A stretch of 64,000 nt of DNA from Octopus sinensis (lineage: Eukaryota), in contig NC_043002.1 of assembly GCF_006345805.1 (NCBI RefSeq), forward strand, positions 99,324,001 to 99,388,000. Reading direction: 5' to 3'. The position numbers were made by a program, and so were the translations under genes. The notes beneath the pieces were generated by a model, which saw only the letters and a program-made list of their open reading frames with translations, searched no databases and had not been told where the DNA came from. Each line of letters opens with the position of its first letter. Position 1 is the stretch's first letter. Of this stretch, positions 1 to 12,566 are shown in pieces.

Positions 1-171
1 CAGTGTTTGGGAGAGAGAGAGAGAGAGAGAGAGAGATATATAGAGAGAAAGACATTGGGAGGGAGAGAGAGAAAGAGAGAGAGAGACTGAAAAGTAGCAT
101 TAAAGATATAAAATACAAAACGTTCACACATTAGAAAAGTAGAAATTTCATAATTTAAAGCTGAACATTGT

Positions 172-172
<1 letters not shown>

Positions 173-252
<80 letters not shown>
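173..252. repeat. (TA)n microsatellite
   Basis: Near-perfect TA run; (GA)n tracts also at 10-90. Confidence 0.95.
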
Positions 253-254
<2 letters not shown>

Positions 255-256
<2 letters not shown>

Positions 257-530
257 CTATAAGGCTATATTAAGTCTCTGAGCGACGTATAAAGAGTAGT
301 CATACGGAATCGTAACATGTAATTGCCAACCAAGAGTGGCGCCCTATACCAGACAGTGCTACTCTCGTTTATAGCGCTGGGAAGACATCTATTCCAGCTG
401 GCTAACGACACACATTCTGCGTCAAATTAGTATTTGCGAGGGGAGGTCATCGCTCCAATCTCTAGGCTTACGAGATACACACGGACTCAAGTTTCTGGGT
501 GGTTACCCAATCCTCAGCGCGTGATGAAAA
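255..530 (-). mobile_element. Short hammerhead-bearing repeat (Penelope pLTR-like), copy 1
   Basis: The reverse complement of ~330-510 aligns by eye with 1673-1850 (+). It ends against a (TA)n tract and carries the HHR at 478-523. Confidence 0.65.
478..523 (-). ncRNA. Minimal type-I hammerhead ribozyme motif, intact core
   Basis: Minus strand reads CACGCG-CUGAGGA-U-UGGGU-AACC-ACCCA-GAAA-C-UUGA-G-UC/CGUGUG. Stem I is 6 bp (one GU), stem II is 5 bp, stem III region ACUUGAGU is self-complementary with GU pairs, and the cleavage triplet is GUC. Confidence 0.8.
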
Positions 531-589
531 CTCATTCCACTCTCAACACATTATAACCTTTTTTCCACTGACAAATTTCCGCTGTGCCT

Positions 590-1625
590 ATGGTGGGTAT
601 TTGTCTTCCACCACTACGTAATACCGGTGAAGTAAATACTAGGCTAAAAAAAGGCTGAGGGCAATTCATTTCATTAAAACAATTCAGTGCTGCAGTCCAC
701 TAAAACAACTAAAATATATAATACATGTAAGAGGGGGAAGCACTCCGTCGCTTACGACGATGAGGGTTCCGGTTGATCAGAATCAACGGAACAGCCTGCT
801 CGTGAAATTAACGTGTAAGTGGCTAAGCACTCCACAGACATGTGTACCCTTAACGTAGTTCTCGGGGATATTCAGCTTGACACAGAGAGTGACAAGGCCG
901 GCCCCTTGAAATACAGGTACAACAGAAACAGGAAGTAAGAATGAGAGAAAGTTGTGGTGAAAGAGTACAGCAGGGATCACCACCATCCCTGCCGGAGCCT
1001 CGTGGAGCTTTTAGGTGTTTTCGCTCAATAAACACTCACAACGCCCGGTCTAGGAATCGAAACCACGATCCTATGACCGCGAGTCCGCTGCCCTAACCAC
1101 TGGGCCATTGCGCCTCCACCTAAAATATATATAATACATGTAAGAGTTATATAAATGAATACGGCGTTAACATGTATACATAGATACATTAGTGTTTTCA
1201 TAAACAGTGATATGTACGTAATTATTTACATATGTGTGTAGGTATATAGGAATGTGAGTAACGATCAAATCATACGTGCTCGTCTTGTGCTGTATGTCAT
1301 TACTATAGTTTAAAACTATTTTCACATTAACATATTGACTGCAAAAACTCAAATTTTATCCTTTATATTTTTTACGTAAACTAAGCAAATAATTGGCACA
1401 CATCTAAATATAATATATCTTTTAATAAAATAAAAGAAAGCTAAAACTACTGTAGGAATACTTGGACAAAGAAATAAATACAAAGCAAAACTCTGGAGCA
1501 ATTTAGTTTCTAAGTATCCCGAAAAAAAAACATATCTAGTGTTTTCAATTACCATTGCCGGACATGTTAGAAAAATCTTAATACAATAGCATATATTGAA
1601 ATAAAGTAGATATATGAATAGGGCA
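590..1625. repeat. Inverted duplication, copy 1 (interrupted by a SINE at 734-1119)
   Basis: Reverse complement matches 6460-7070; the paralogous track ORFs 1167-1352(-) and 6676-6903(+) share FCSQY.NVKIVLNYSN...KTSTYDLI. Confidence 0.85.
734..1119 (-). mobile_element. tRNA-derived SINE (head A, tail Y) with long target-site duplication
   Basis: Minus strand begins gtggaggcgcaatggcccagtggttagggcagcgg...gtttcgattcc (A/B boxes). It is flanked by taaaatatataatacatgtaagag at 710-733 and the same sequence plus one TA at 1121-1146. Confidence 0.9.
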
Positions 1626-1649
1626 AAATACTTCGTGGTTACTTGTCGT

Positions 1650-1856
1650 CAGCATGTGTGATTTGCAAGCTAGTAACCACCTAGAAACTCGAGACCGTGT
1701 GTATTACGTGAGGCGAGAGATGGGAACGATGACCTCACCTCGTAAATACTATCGAACACAGAATGTGTATCATTAGCCACTGGGAGAGATGTCTTTCTGG
1801 GGCTATAAACGTCAGTAGCCCTGTCCGGTACAGGACGCCACACTTGGTTACGTTAT
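1650..1856 (+). mobile_element. Short hammerhead-bearing repeat, copy 2 (ribozyme decayed)
   Basis: Homologous to 330-520(-). It keeps taaccacctaGAAActcgag but has lost CUGANGA, and GUC has become GAC; (CA)n(TA)n follows. Confidence 0.65.
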
Positions 1857-1882
1857 ACACACACACACACACACACACACAT

Positions 1883-1917
<35 letters not shown>

Positions 1918-2299
1918 ATATCTTTGGATGGAAGGCGGAAACTTGGGTGTTATTAGATTCGGTGGTACCTTGAATGATATAGGTTCAAATCTCACTTCCT
2001 TAGTTCAAATACACATATTATAATCTGTCTAAATCTTTTAATTAACATTGTCGATGTGAATTATCTTTCGATTATACTCGAGACGTAGTCATAAAGTATG
2101 ATCTCATGTTTTGGAGACAATTCACCTATGAAACGGGTGATGAATATTAATGAGTTGGAAGATTATGCAGAGAATATCGCATTACTTACAACCAGTTCCA
2201 GGATAAAACAAATAAACGTCACGTAGAAAAATCTCAGATAACATGCAAATTTCCAATACGCTGTAGAGCAAGCAAACATATATATATACTTTACTTTAC

Positions 2300-2305
2300 T
2301 TTACT

Positions 2306-2401
<96 letters not shown>

Positions 2402-2458
2402 ATTATATATATATATATACTTATAATATATATATATTATATATATATATATTATATA

Positions 2459-2515
<57 letters not shown>

Positions 2516-2533
2516 CTTATATATATATATACA

Positions 2534-2569
<36 letters not shown>

Positions 2570-2571
2570 CT

Positions 2572-2641
<70 letters not shown>

Positions 2642-2660
2642 CTTATATATATATATATAT
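2300..2660. repeat. Long interrupted (TA)n microsatellite
   Basis: About 360 bp of TA repeat with occasional C/T interruptions. Confidence 0.95.
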
Positions 2661-2840
2661 AAATAATAAATATTAGGGAATAAATCCAAATTTACAGGGA
2701 AAAAATCAGATTTAGGATTAAATCCAATTTTATAGTAAAATATTATAATATATTATTAGAGACAAAACCACTATTTTGCAAAACAAACAAGGAAAGACTT
2801 AATCAATACATAGAATTTTAATAAATAGTCAAAAAAACCG

Positions 2841-2882
2841 CCACTACAATTGTTCTTGTCTTGATCGACAATCTTCAGGTGG
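2841..2882 (-). ncRNA. Hammerhead motif, left arm of palindrome (GAAA reduced to GAA)
   Basis: Minus strand reads CCAC-CUGAAGA-UUGUC-GAUCAA-GACAA-GAA-C-AAUU-G-UA-GUGG, with one core A missing. Confidence 0.65.
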
Positions 2883-2942
2883 ACTTCCAATAAGTCAGTT
2901 TCAAATTATGAAGTCATAATTTGAAACTGACTTATTGGAAGT

Positions 2943-2985
2943 CCACCTGAAGATTGTCGATCAAGACAAGAAACAATTGTAGTGG
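2943..2985 (+). ncRNA. Minimal type-I hammerhead ribozyme motif, intact core
   Basis: CCAC-CUGAAGA-UUGUC-GAUCAA-GACAA-GAAA-C-AAUU-G-UA/GUGG. Stem I is 4 bp, stem II is 5 bp, ACAAUUGU is palindromic, and the triplet is GUA. Confidence 0.85.
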
Positions 2986-3111
2986 CGGTTTTTTTGACTA
3001 TTTATTAAAATTTTATGTATTGATTAAGTCTTTCCTTGTTTGTTTTGCAAAATAGTGGTTTTGTCTCTAATAATATTTTATATATATATATATATGTATG
3101 TATATGTATAC

Positions 3112-3278
3112 ACGACGAGGTTCCTTCAGTTTCCGCCAGGTAAATCAATTCAGAAGGCTTTGGTCGGCCCGAGGCTATAATAGAAGACACTTGTCGAATG
3201 TGCCATGCTGTCGGACTGAAACCGAGTCTATATGATTGGTAAGCAAGTTACTTAACACATAGTCATTCCTGCGCCTAA
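3112..3278 (-). mobile_element. tRNA-derived SINE with CORE-like domain
   Basis: Matches the family consensus seen at 57897-58061 (head gtggctgtgtggtaag..., body cttgggcaagtgtcttctactatagcc). Further copies at ~7204-7362, 23172-23300, 28110-28290, 35706-35872, 42190-42320 and 46365-46520. Confidence 0.8.
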
Positions 3279-3294
3279 TACGTACATACAAAGT

Positions 3295-3361
<67 letters not shown>

Positions 3362-3686
3362 AATATATATATATATGAAAGAAGTTTGAAAAAGCAGTTT
3401 TAAAAGATGTTTATTTACTTGACTGGTTTCACTTTTTTAGAAAGATTTTGTCAAAAATAACATGTAAAAGCTTTGTTGTGTTAGGTACTGGTTGTCACAA
3501 AATATTACAATACATATATACATTCTTTGATAATAATAACATGTTAAAAACAGTTTACAAAGAGAAACCTTTTCCTTGTAAGCTGCGTTACCTAAGGTAA
3601 TCCCATAGAACGGCCTTATCTATCATATTACTACATTGCTCTATAACATAGGTTGTGCTTCTATTTCGGATACATGATTTACCAAT

Positions 3687-3717
<31 letters not shown>

Positions 3718-3923
3718 ATCTCCGCTGCAGAAACTTTTGTTCGAAATATTGAATGAATGGAAATTTTTATTGGATGGAATCAAACCATTTACAGAAACAC
3801 TTCAGTTTTGTCCCACAGGCATTTCTGTTATATCTCCATGCTTTTTGCACCGCTATATTTTTGGTCCCAAAGGCGGAGAGCAGGCAGAAACGTTAAGCAC
3901 ACCGGACGAAATGCTTAACGTTA

Positions 3924-5164
3924 CGAGGGGCATTCAATAAGTAATTCCCCTGACCCACTTCCCATAGCAGTAGTTCAACGACACTTGGCACAGTTATTAG
4001 TCTTTTCCTACATAGGAACTACCCAGAGTTATGCATTTCTCCCATCGTTTGATACAGCTCTGGAGACCGTTTTTGTAGAAGACCCCAGCTTGGTCCTCCA
4101 ACCTCAACGTGACTTCAGAAATCAAGGCTGCATCATCTGGGAAACGCTTTCCTTTCAAAATCAACTTCATGGCTGGGAAGAGTTGAAAATCAGAGGGTGC
4201 AAGGGGAGGAGTTCATAGCTGCACGCCTGTGCTTCTGATCTGGCGACACGCGAGTTGTGGACCGGAGCGTTGTCCTGCAGGAGGAGGATGCCTTTGCTGT
4301 TCTTGCCCCGCCTCTTGATTTTGATAGCTTCTCTTAATTTCCTCAAAAGTAAAGCATAATAGGCTCCTGTAATTGTGGTACCCTTTGCCAAGAAATCTGT
4401 CATCACTACTCCGTCCTGTTCCCAGAAGACTGTGAGCATGACCTTGTCAGCGTAGGGCTGCAACCTTGCCTTCTTTGGAGGAGGTGAGTCATGGTGCTTT
4501 CACTGCATTGACTGGGCTTTGGTCTCTGGATCATAGTGATGGAACCAGGTTTTATCCTGTGTGATCAGTCTTTTGAAAAATTTTGACTCATCTTCTTGGC
4601 ACATCTCCAAATTCATCCTCGAGCACTCAACGAGTTCTTGCTTCTGGAAAGGTGTGAGCAACCTGGAAATCCATCTGACAGACACCTTTTGCATATGCAA
4701 ATGGTCATGAATGATAGTTTCCACAGACCCGGTACTATTCTTGACCTTATGGGCTATTTGGCGAATAGTTATATGTCGACCTTCCAAAATGGCAGCCTCA
4801 AAGAAGGGGGTGACCAGATCTGGGAGCTGTTTCCACAGAGTTCCGACTATGTTTGAATTCACAATGCCAGCGTTTTACAAGGTCATATGATGGGGCATCA
4901 TCACCATAAGTTACTTTCATTTCATCAAAAGTCTCCCGTGGTGTGCGTCCTTTCAAATACAAAAACCAGATCACTGCTCGACACTCAACAGGCTCCATTT
5001 CACACTTGACTCAGTTCAAACACCTGTAAATCAGAAACCGCAATTAGTTCAGAGCTGTGATTCGCCACGTAATCTATAGAGATATAAATAAGTGCACATG
5101 CAAACTTTCAGCTAGATCAAACAACTGCAAGTGGGTCAGGGGCATACTTATTGAACGCCCCTCG
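3924..5164 (-). mobile_element. Full-length (1241 bp) mariner DNA transposon
   Basis: TIRs cgaggggcattcaataagta...ctgacccactt and aagtgggtcag...tacttattgaacgcccctcg, with a TA duplication at 3922-3923 and 5165-5166. Confidence 0.95.
4010..4998 (-). pseudogene. Frameshifted mariner (DD34D-type) transposase
   Basis: Consecutive frames give MEPVECRAVIWFLYLKG...SYDLVKRWHCEFK (HTH), ITQDKTWFHHYDPETKAQSMQ, KVMLTVFWEQDGVV, LLLQDNAPVH and C-terminal KRWEKCITLGSSYV; it is broken by frameshifts and stops. Confidence 0.92.
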
Positions 5165-6459
5165 TATTTGTTTCCTCTGTCTTTACGTTCTGAGTTCAAA
5201 ATCCACCGAGGTCGACTTTGCCTTTCATCCTTTCGGCGTCCATAAATTAAGTACCAGTTGCGTACTGGTGTCGATGTAATCGACTGCCTCACTCCCCCAA
5301 AATTTTGGGACTTGCGCCTTTAGTAATAATGTATATATTTGGTCCCATCTTCTCGGGACTGATTGGGTGCATGAATCTCAAATCTAGAAATGTTCTTCTT
5401 ACTTACTTGTTTGTGTGCCTTCTCATCACAATTGCCCCCACTCCCTAATCACCAGTCCCCACATTTATCCCGCCCCCCCTCACCAGTTCTTATTTCTAAG
5501 AAAGTAAGTCCTTTAGAATCCCCTCTCGGCTCATAAATTTTCTATGAGTGTTGATTTACAAAGGTTCACAAAGAACATTATTTGAATCAATCTACCTCAT
5601 ACAGGAATGCCCGAATAGCCATGGGTATTTCCCCTTCCTCCAGTTAAAAAATGTAAGAAAAAGATAAGAATAGTGTAGGTAGATTACAATATATATTCGA
5701 CAGCAGAAATTGAACAAGTATGAGAAACTTTGTCCATGATAACGCCGAAAATAGACAAGAAATTAATTAAGTTTATTGAAATCAGTCAGATGCCCGGGAT
5801 ATGCTTCATAAGACACCTTTGGCAAGTTTCTATTTTATTGTTGCAAAGACATTTAAATAGAGTAGGGCGTTGAAGACAGCATCTTTGTATTTGAGAAAAT
5901 TCTTATTTTGAAGAAATATTTATACCTGACAATGAAGAAATCATAGGCAATTTAAAGTTTACTACAAACAGAATACTTTATTTAGGAATTGAATACTTCT
6001 CTTTTTGCAAACTATGAAATTGCCTTATGACGAAGAAAATAGCCAACATCTATAGACAAAGCAGTGTATATCAATAACAAAACAAAAAAATAATTGTGGC
6101 TAATGATATTGTAATATTGTACATGTTTCTGAAAATCAGTGAAAAAAATCTAATGCACCTTCATCGCGTACACACACATATATAAATGTGCGCGTTATAT
6201 ACAGAAATTCGAATGTCACTGGTACAGCCAAAAAGTGCCTGCATGTATAAACACAACAGAATAAGAAAATCAAGACAAGTTTTTGGCAAGAATGAAATGT
6301 GACAAATACATACAATTATGTAAACAAATACAAAACACTTAAAGAGATTTTGTTAGTTTTGTGTCACTTGCATTTCTCTTTTCTTACGTGACGTTCAGTC
6401 ATGATAATTAAAGTCTATTGTATGAACTTATATTATCGAAGTATTTTGCTGTATTTGTT

Positions 6460-7070
6460 TATTTACTTTATTTCAATATATGCTATTGTATTAAGATTTC
6501 TCTAACGTTTCCTGCAGTGTTAATTGAAAATAATAGATACACTTTATTTTTTGTTTTCGGAATAGTTCGAAACTAAATTGCTCCAGAATATTTGCATTAT
6601 ATTTATTTCTTTATGCAAGTATACCTCCCATAGTTTTAGCTTTCTTTATTTTATTAAACGATATATTATATTCAGATGCGTGCCAATTACGTGCTTAGTT
6701 TACGTAAAAATATAAAGGATAAATTTTGCAGTCAATATATTAATGTGAAAATTGTTTTGAACTATAGTAATAACACACAGAACAAGACGAGCACGTATGA
6801 TTTGATCGATACTTACATTCCTATATACATACACACATATATAAGTAATTACGTACATATCAGTGTCTATGGAAATTTTGATATATCTATGTATACATGT
6901 TAACGCCTTGTTAATTTATGAAGCATTTACATGTTTTATATATATAAATTAGTTGTTTTAGTGGACGGTAAAACTGAATTCTTTTAATGAAATGAATTAC
7001 TCTCGGTCCCTTTTCATGCCTAGTATTTACTCCCCCGGTTGTTATGTAGTGATGGAAAACAAACGCAAGG
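6460..7070. repeat. Inverted duplication, copy 2 (empty site for the 734-1119 SINE)
   Basis: Runs continuously across the point where copy 1 carries the SINE (…catgttaacgcc…atttacatgttttatatatataaattagttgttttagtggac…). Confidence 0.85.
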
Positions 7071-7506
7071 ACACCGACCATGCACACGCACATACATTCA
7101 TATATATATATATATATGTGTATGTGTGTGTGTGTTTGTGTGTATGTATGTATATATGTATGTATTTATATATATATATATATATATGTATGTATATATA
7201 TATACGACGACTAATTTCAGTTTCTGTCGATCAAATCCACTCTCAAAACTCTGGTTGTTCATGGGTTCTGGTAGAAGACATTTGCGCTGGGTGTTGCGCA
7301 TCAGGATGAATCCGGAACACAAAGATTCGGAAGGAAACGTGCTGCCACACAACCAGTAAGCTTCCATGTATATATCTATGTATAGATATGTATATATATT
7401 TAAATGCGTATTAATATTTACACATATATATATACTTATACACACATACAATAATTCTGTGTACATTAAAATGCATGCGCATTTTATGAGTGTGTATGTT
7501 TGTAAG

Positions 7507-7541
<35 letters not shown>

Positions 7542-8260
7542 TTTAAAATGGCGAAGAAAAGTCAGTGAATCAGTCTATTCCAGTCTCACGTGATGTTCAT
7601 TCCACCTACGTTTCGTTAATGCTTCCATGTCCCTTGTCCTTCTAGCTGTATTAAATTCAATGAATTCGGGATTGACTCTTTGGAAATTTGTGCCCAACGG
7701 TGCTATTATTTCACGGAATTACATATAAGATAAATATATGAAATCTTTTAAATTTTGCACCTAAAAGGTTCCTGTCCATCGATTTTAAAAAATATTTACA
7801 ATAATGAATCTCAGATTATTGAGGTAATTATTGAACTATACAAAATTAAATTGGAAGGCATTACTGTATGAGAGATTGAGTTAAACATTCAACTCTGAAT
7901 ATATCTATGCACAAGCACTTAATGCACGTGAATATGTATTCCATTGAACGGCGAGATAATCACATATTGAAAAGTACCCGATGCAGAAGACGATTGGAGG
8001 TAGATTCTGTATATATGGGAACGCATTCAAGCTCTTTAATGTTAATCTAACAAGATACGTGCCCTGGAATAGGTTCAGTGAAAGATAGCGGAAATGCCTG
8101 CATAGGAATATGTGAAATATGTGCACTGAATACATATGCTCTCTGCGTTTATATGCAAAATTAATAGCATAAAATGGGAAAAGCAAGAAAGTAAATATTG
8201 CCTCTCGTTAAGCCTCAGCTATCTGTTCATGCCTTACACACTCTAAGATTCACACACACA

Positions 8261-8299
<39 letters not shown>

Positions 8300-8939
8300 G
8301 TATATATATATATATATATGAGAAATATATTTCTGTGCACTGTAGTAACAAAAATGTATGTATACAAGACATAAATCATTGTAGGTGTATGAAAGAGTGC
8401 ATCTGTATTCCCGAATTTTACATACGATTATACATTTACGATTACTCATACATGTATAATGTTTTACGTTTAAGTCCACACGCATTAATAATATACATTT
8501 AGAGGTAGAAATGTATGTATGTTTACGTATCATAATTTAAATGTGAATTCACAAAGGAATATTTGCATCTCCCACTTTCTCTGAATACAGACATTAGCAG
8601 GCGTACCCATGCACACACTCATGTACTCACACACACGTACGCACGCACACACATTTCGGTTGCTAAAGTACATACCTTTATAGTTGTGCGTATATGTACA
8701 TACCTACATTTACATATGATACATATGCCCATATACCTATCTGTCTATATATGCATACTTGTATACATAAATACGTATGCATACAAACATGTACACACAC
8801 ACACATATATATATATAATTATATATATATATATATATATATACAAACATTTACAGGCACATGTGTGCATATTGAAATTATTGCGTTTGTTTATATACAT
8901 AGATATATACATACCCACACAGACACACACATATATATG

Positions 8940-9390
8940 TTTTCTACTCTAGGCACAAGGCCCGACATTTTGGGGGAGGGGGCCTGTCCATTACATCGAC
9001 TCCAATTCGCAAATAATACTTAATTTATCGACGCCGAAGAGATTAAAGGCAAAGTCGACATCGCTGTAATTTGAACACATAACGTAAAGACAGACGAAAT
9101 ACTGCTAAGCATTTCGCCCGGCGTGCTAACGTTTCGTTATTTCTTTACTACCCACAAGGGGCTACACAAGAGGGGACAAACAAGGAAACACAAACGTATT
9201 AAGGTGATTATATCGATTAAATAAGTACCAGTTCCTCACTGGTGCGTAACTGGTACGTATTTAATCGACCCCAAAACGATGAAAGGCAAAGTCGACCTCG
9301 GCAGAATCTGAACTCAGAACGTAGTAGCAGACGAAATACTGCTTAGCATTTCGCCCTGCGTGCTATCGTTTCTGTCAGCTCGTCGCCTTG
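8940..9390 (-). mobile_element. Two tandem Nin/Deu-like SINE copies
   Basis: aaaggcaaagtcgac...tttgaac...aacgta...gacgaaatac...aagcatttcgcc occurs twice. Similar copies at ~10568-10760(+), 15365-15585(+), 18270-18410(+), 22255-22560(-), 35497-35680(+) and 45835-46015(+). Confidence 0.8.
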
Positions 9391-9409
9391 ACGCTCACAT
9401 ATATTATAG

Positions 9410-9451
<42 letters not shown>

Positions 9452-10431
9452 AATAGAGAGAGAGAGAGAGAGAAAAGGAGTGTGAGAAAGAGAAAGGGAG
9501 AGATAGAGATAGAGAAAGGGAGAGATAGAGATAGAGAGAGGGTGATAGAGAGCGAGAGAGAGAGAGAAATTCGGACATATCTATGCGTATGTTTCTGTAA
9601 TCATAATCCCTGTATTCTTATACATTCCCTCTTTTCCCCATCTCTTTATTTGTGTGATTGTTTGTGATTGTGTACGTGTGACTGTATGTGCGCGTGTGCG
9701 AGATTGTATATAGTTTATCTACGATATACATTTCCTATACCGTACACTCTAGACACAATGATGTGTAAACACAAAAAAAGTAAATAAACGGATAGCAGCA
9801 TATTCCATCTGTTTGATGAATAGAATTCCCTACCTAGTTGAATAAGAGGTTTGGTAATTTAGAGCCATGCACTTATTGTAATTTCAGTCAGATTTACAGT
9901 GAGGACGGCTTTTAAACACATATACAGATGCAACAATTGAAACAGGCTTCGGAAGAGGTTTCACTTAATTAAATGCTGTTAGATTTATTGGACCTATCCC
10001 AGAGTGAAATATACACGCTCTTGTATTTTAAAGTTGACCTCAAATCACCCGCTTCACACCATTGACAGGCAAAATACTGAAGTCTCCCACCAGCATTTAA
10101 TTATTTATGTATTCATTTGTGTAAGTGTGTACTCATTCGAGGAATTAAAGAAAGCAGGCGCATGGATTTCTTTAGTAGGTTAAAAAATACATCCTACTCA
10201 TTGTAGGGACAGTTTCTTCTGAACATAGATGCATATCTTTTACTTGTATGTGTCATTAGACTGCGACCATTCTGGGGTTCCACCTTGGAAAATTTGTAGT
10301 CGAATGAATCGACACCCAGAAGTTATATTGTTTTAAAGCCTTGTACTTATCCTATAGACCACTTTTTCCGAACCACTGCGATACAGGGACGTAAACAAAC
10401 TAACACTAGATGTGAAACTGTGGTGGGGGTA

Positions 10432-10477
<46 letters not shown>

Positions 10478-10968
10478 CACACACACACAAATATATAATA
10501 AGTATTCTACAAGCGATCTACTTGAGAAGCTATACGAAATTCAAATTGCCTTGCATTTTTAACTGATAAGGCGGCGATGCGACCGAATCGTTAACACGCT
10601 GGACGAAATGCTTAGCAGTAATTCGACCGTCGCTACGGTCCGAGTTAAAATTCCGCCGAAACTGGCTTTGCCTTTCATTCTGTAAGTACCAGAGAAACAC
10701 TGGGTGTCGATGAATCAACTAGTCCCAACCCATAACTGTGCCTATATTAGAAAGGATTATTATCTTATTAACTGACGGAGTCGTATGAGTGTCGTTAGGA
10801 CCTAGAGAATACTTTAGGTGTTTTAGAGTTGGTGGAGTTCATCATTCTCCAAATCTAACCAAATTCAATATCTTCCAGACATAAAACAAAGACAGGAAGA
10901 AACACAAAAAGTCGAACAGGGAGAGAGAGGGAGAAAGAGAGAGAGAGAGAGAGAGGGAGAACGGGAGA

Positions 10969-11015
<47 letters not shown>

Positions 11016-12039
11016 TAGAGAGAGAGATTTCAGTTCAGGAGGGATAATTTACTTATTCACACCGAAATGATAAAACGCAAAGTTGGCCTTGATAATATTT
11101 GGAGCAAAAGCGCAGAAATGAATATCGCACTACAGATGACGATGTAACGAGTCTACTAGAAATTTTATACGCATATTTATCATATCGCTAAATATTAAAT
11201 GAGCCATTGAGGCCATTTAATATATTGAACAATTTATAAAACATTCCTAACAGTTGTCATGGTCAGTTCACTCATTCTTTATATATTGCCACTAAATTTT
11301 GTTAAGTGTCAATAAAACGTAATTTAAAACCTCAGCACCAGGTTTTAAATAACGGCTTAACATTATCTACAAGTTATGAATAGTACAACTGTATCAATTA
11401 ATATGTAATATGTAGAAACAGGAAGTCAGGAATATAAAAATTCTGAAGCTGGGTCATTCATATTTCAATAGAACAATATGAGAAATAAAAATTAGTTCCA
11501 ATTGAAACTTTAAACTTATTGCAATTACGAGTGGCTAACACTTATGACTTCTCTGTAATATATGTTTCCAAAATGAACGCTAATTTCCTTTAGCCGCGTG
11601 AGCAATCAAGACGTTACCTTATATATAAATGATATGAACATCCATTGTACATCATTAAACATACATAAATACACATACATACACATACACACCACATACA
11701 CTCCGCAAAGACGCATACACACATATGCAAAATATTAAATATCATATAATAATTATACCCAAATTACAACATTACTTTAGCTTTAGGGCAAGTCTGAACA
11801 AGGAAACATGTCATCGATTGCGTTCAATTTGTGACGCTTCCATCTTACTATGTTTTATAATACAACATTATATCATGTGCCCATACCACGTTTGAGATGG
11901 CAGGGTCTAACACAGAAGATATTTGGTTGCTATTTCTAGAGGAAGATAGGCTTTTATTCCGAAAAATTTGAATTCCGTTGTCAGCCAATCTACTTATCAC
12001 ACAATGATGTAGCGAATCTATCGACTAGTTATGTCTTAC

Positions 12040-12117
12040 TGTTTAACAATTCAAAAGAATGATCACGGAAGCAGTCATGCATGAGACTTAGCCTAGTCAG
12101 CAGTGCAACAAAAGCTT
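12040..12117 (-). CDS. Candidate internal exon of an unidentified gene
   Basis: Acceptor cccttgtgacttttcatAG and donor aca|GTAAGA bound 78 nt, phase 1/1, reading AFVALLTRLSLMHDCFRDHSFELLN; no homolog recognised. Confidence 0.4.
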
Positions 12118-12566
12118 CTATGAAAAGTCACAAGGGACTATTAACGATAAAATAATATGTTAATGTTACGAGTATCTAGCTACACACTTGATTTTTCTAA
12201 TTGAAAATAGAATACTGCCCTGTACCGCATTCAATGTAATGGATATTATAATGAAAACACGCATACACACACACACACATGAAATGATTGATAAAGCCTT
12301 TTAGCAGTATATTGATTTCATAGAAGGATATTAATATACATCTTGATCATTTTTGTGTATGTGAGTATATAGCTTTACACCAAGCAAGTAGAAACGTTTG
12401 AGAATTAAGGTTCTGTTCACTTGTGCACTTCATATATTTTCTTTAGACTCCACTATACCTTCCCTGGATGTGTTTGTTCTTTTAACAAAACAAAAAAAAA
12501 AATTCGCATATCTAGAATTTAAAAAAAAATGGTTTTTCTTTTAAATTTTGTGTATTCATTTATTTG

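Larger units (their letters stand above)
2750..3075. repeat. Near-perfect palindrome (~162-bp arms, 2-nt loop at 2912-2913)
   Basis: atattattagagacaaaacc...aaattatga|ag|tcataattt...ggttttgtctctaataatat; I found two arm differences by eye. Confidence 0.95.
3870..5330 (+). mobile_element. tRNA SINE with Nin/Deu-like domain, split by the mariner insertion
   Basis: The head ggcggagagcaggcagaaacgttaagcac...gaaatgcttaacg lies before 3924, and the continuation ttacgttctgagttcaaaatcc...gtcgactttgcctttcatcc...ataaattaagtaccag lies after 5166. Confidence 0.8.

Noticed and set aside
783-1035. Recurring ORFs such as MFIERKHLKAPR... (also 12644-12898, 14762-14962)
   Set aside because: They are readings of SINE sequence; the recurrence reflects SINE copy number, not a gene family.
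2291-2689. YI-, CV-, HT- and YLSI-repeat ORFs here and throughout the track
   Set aside because: All are stop-free readings of dinucleotide or tetranucleotide microsatellites.
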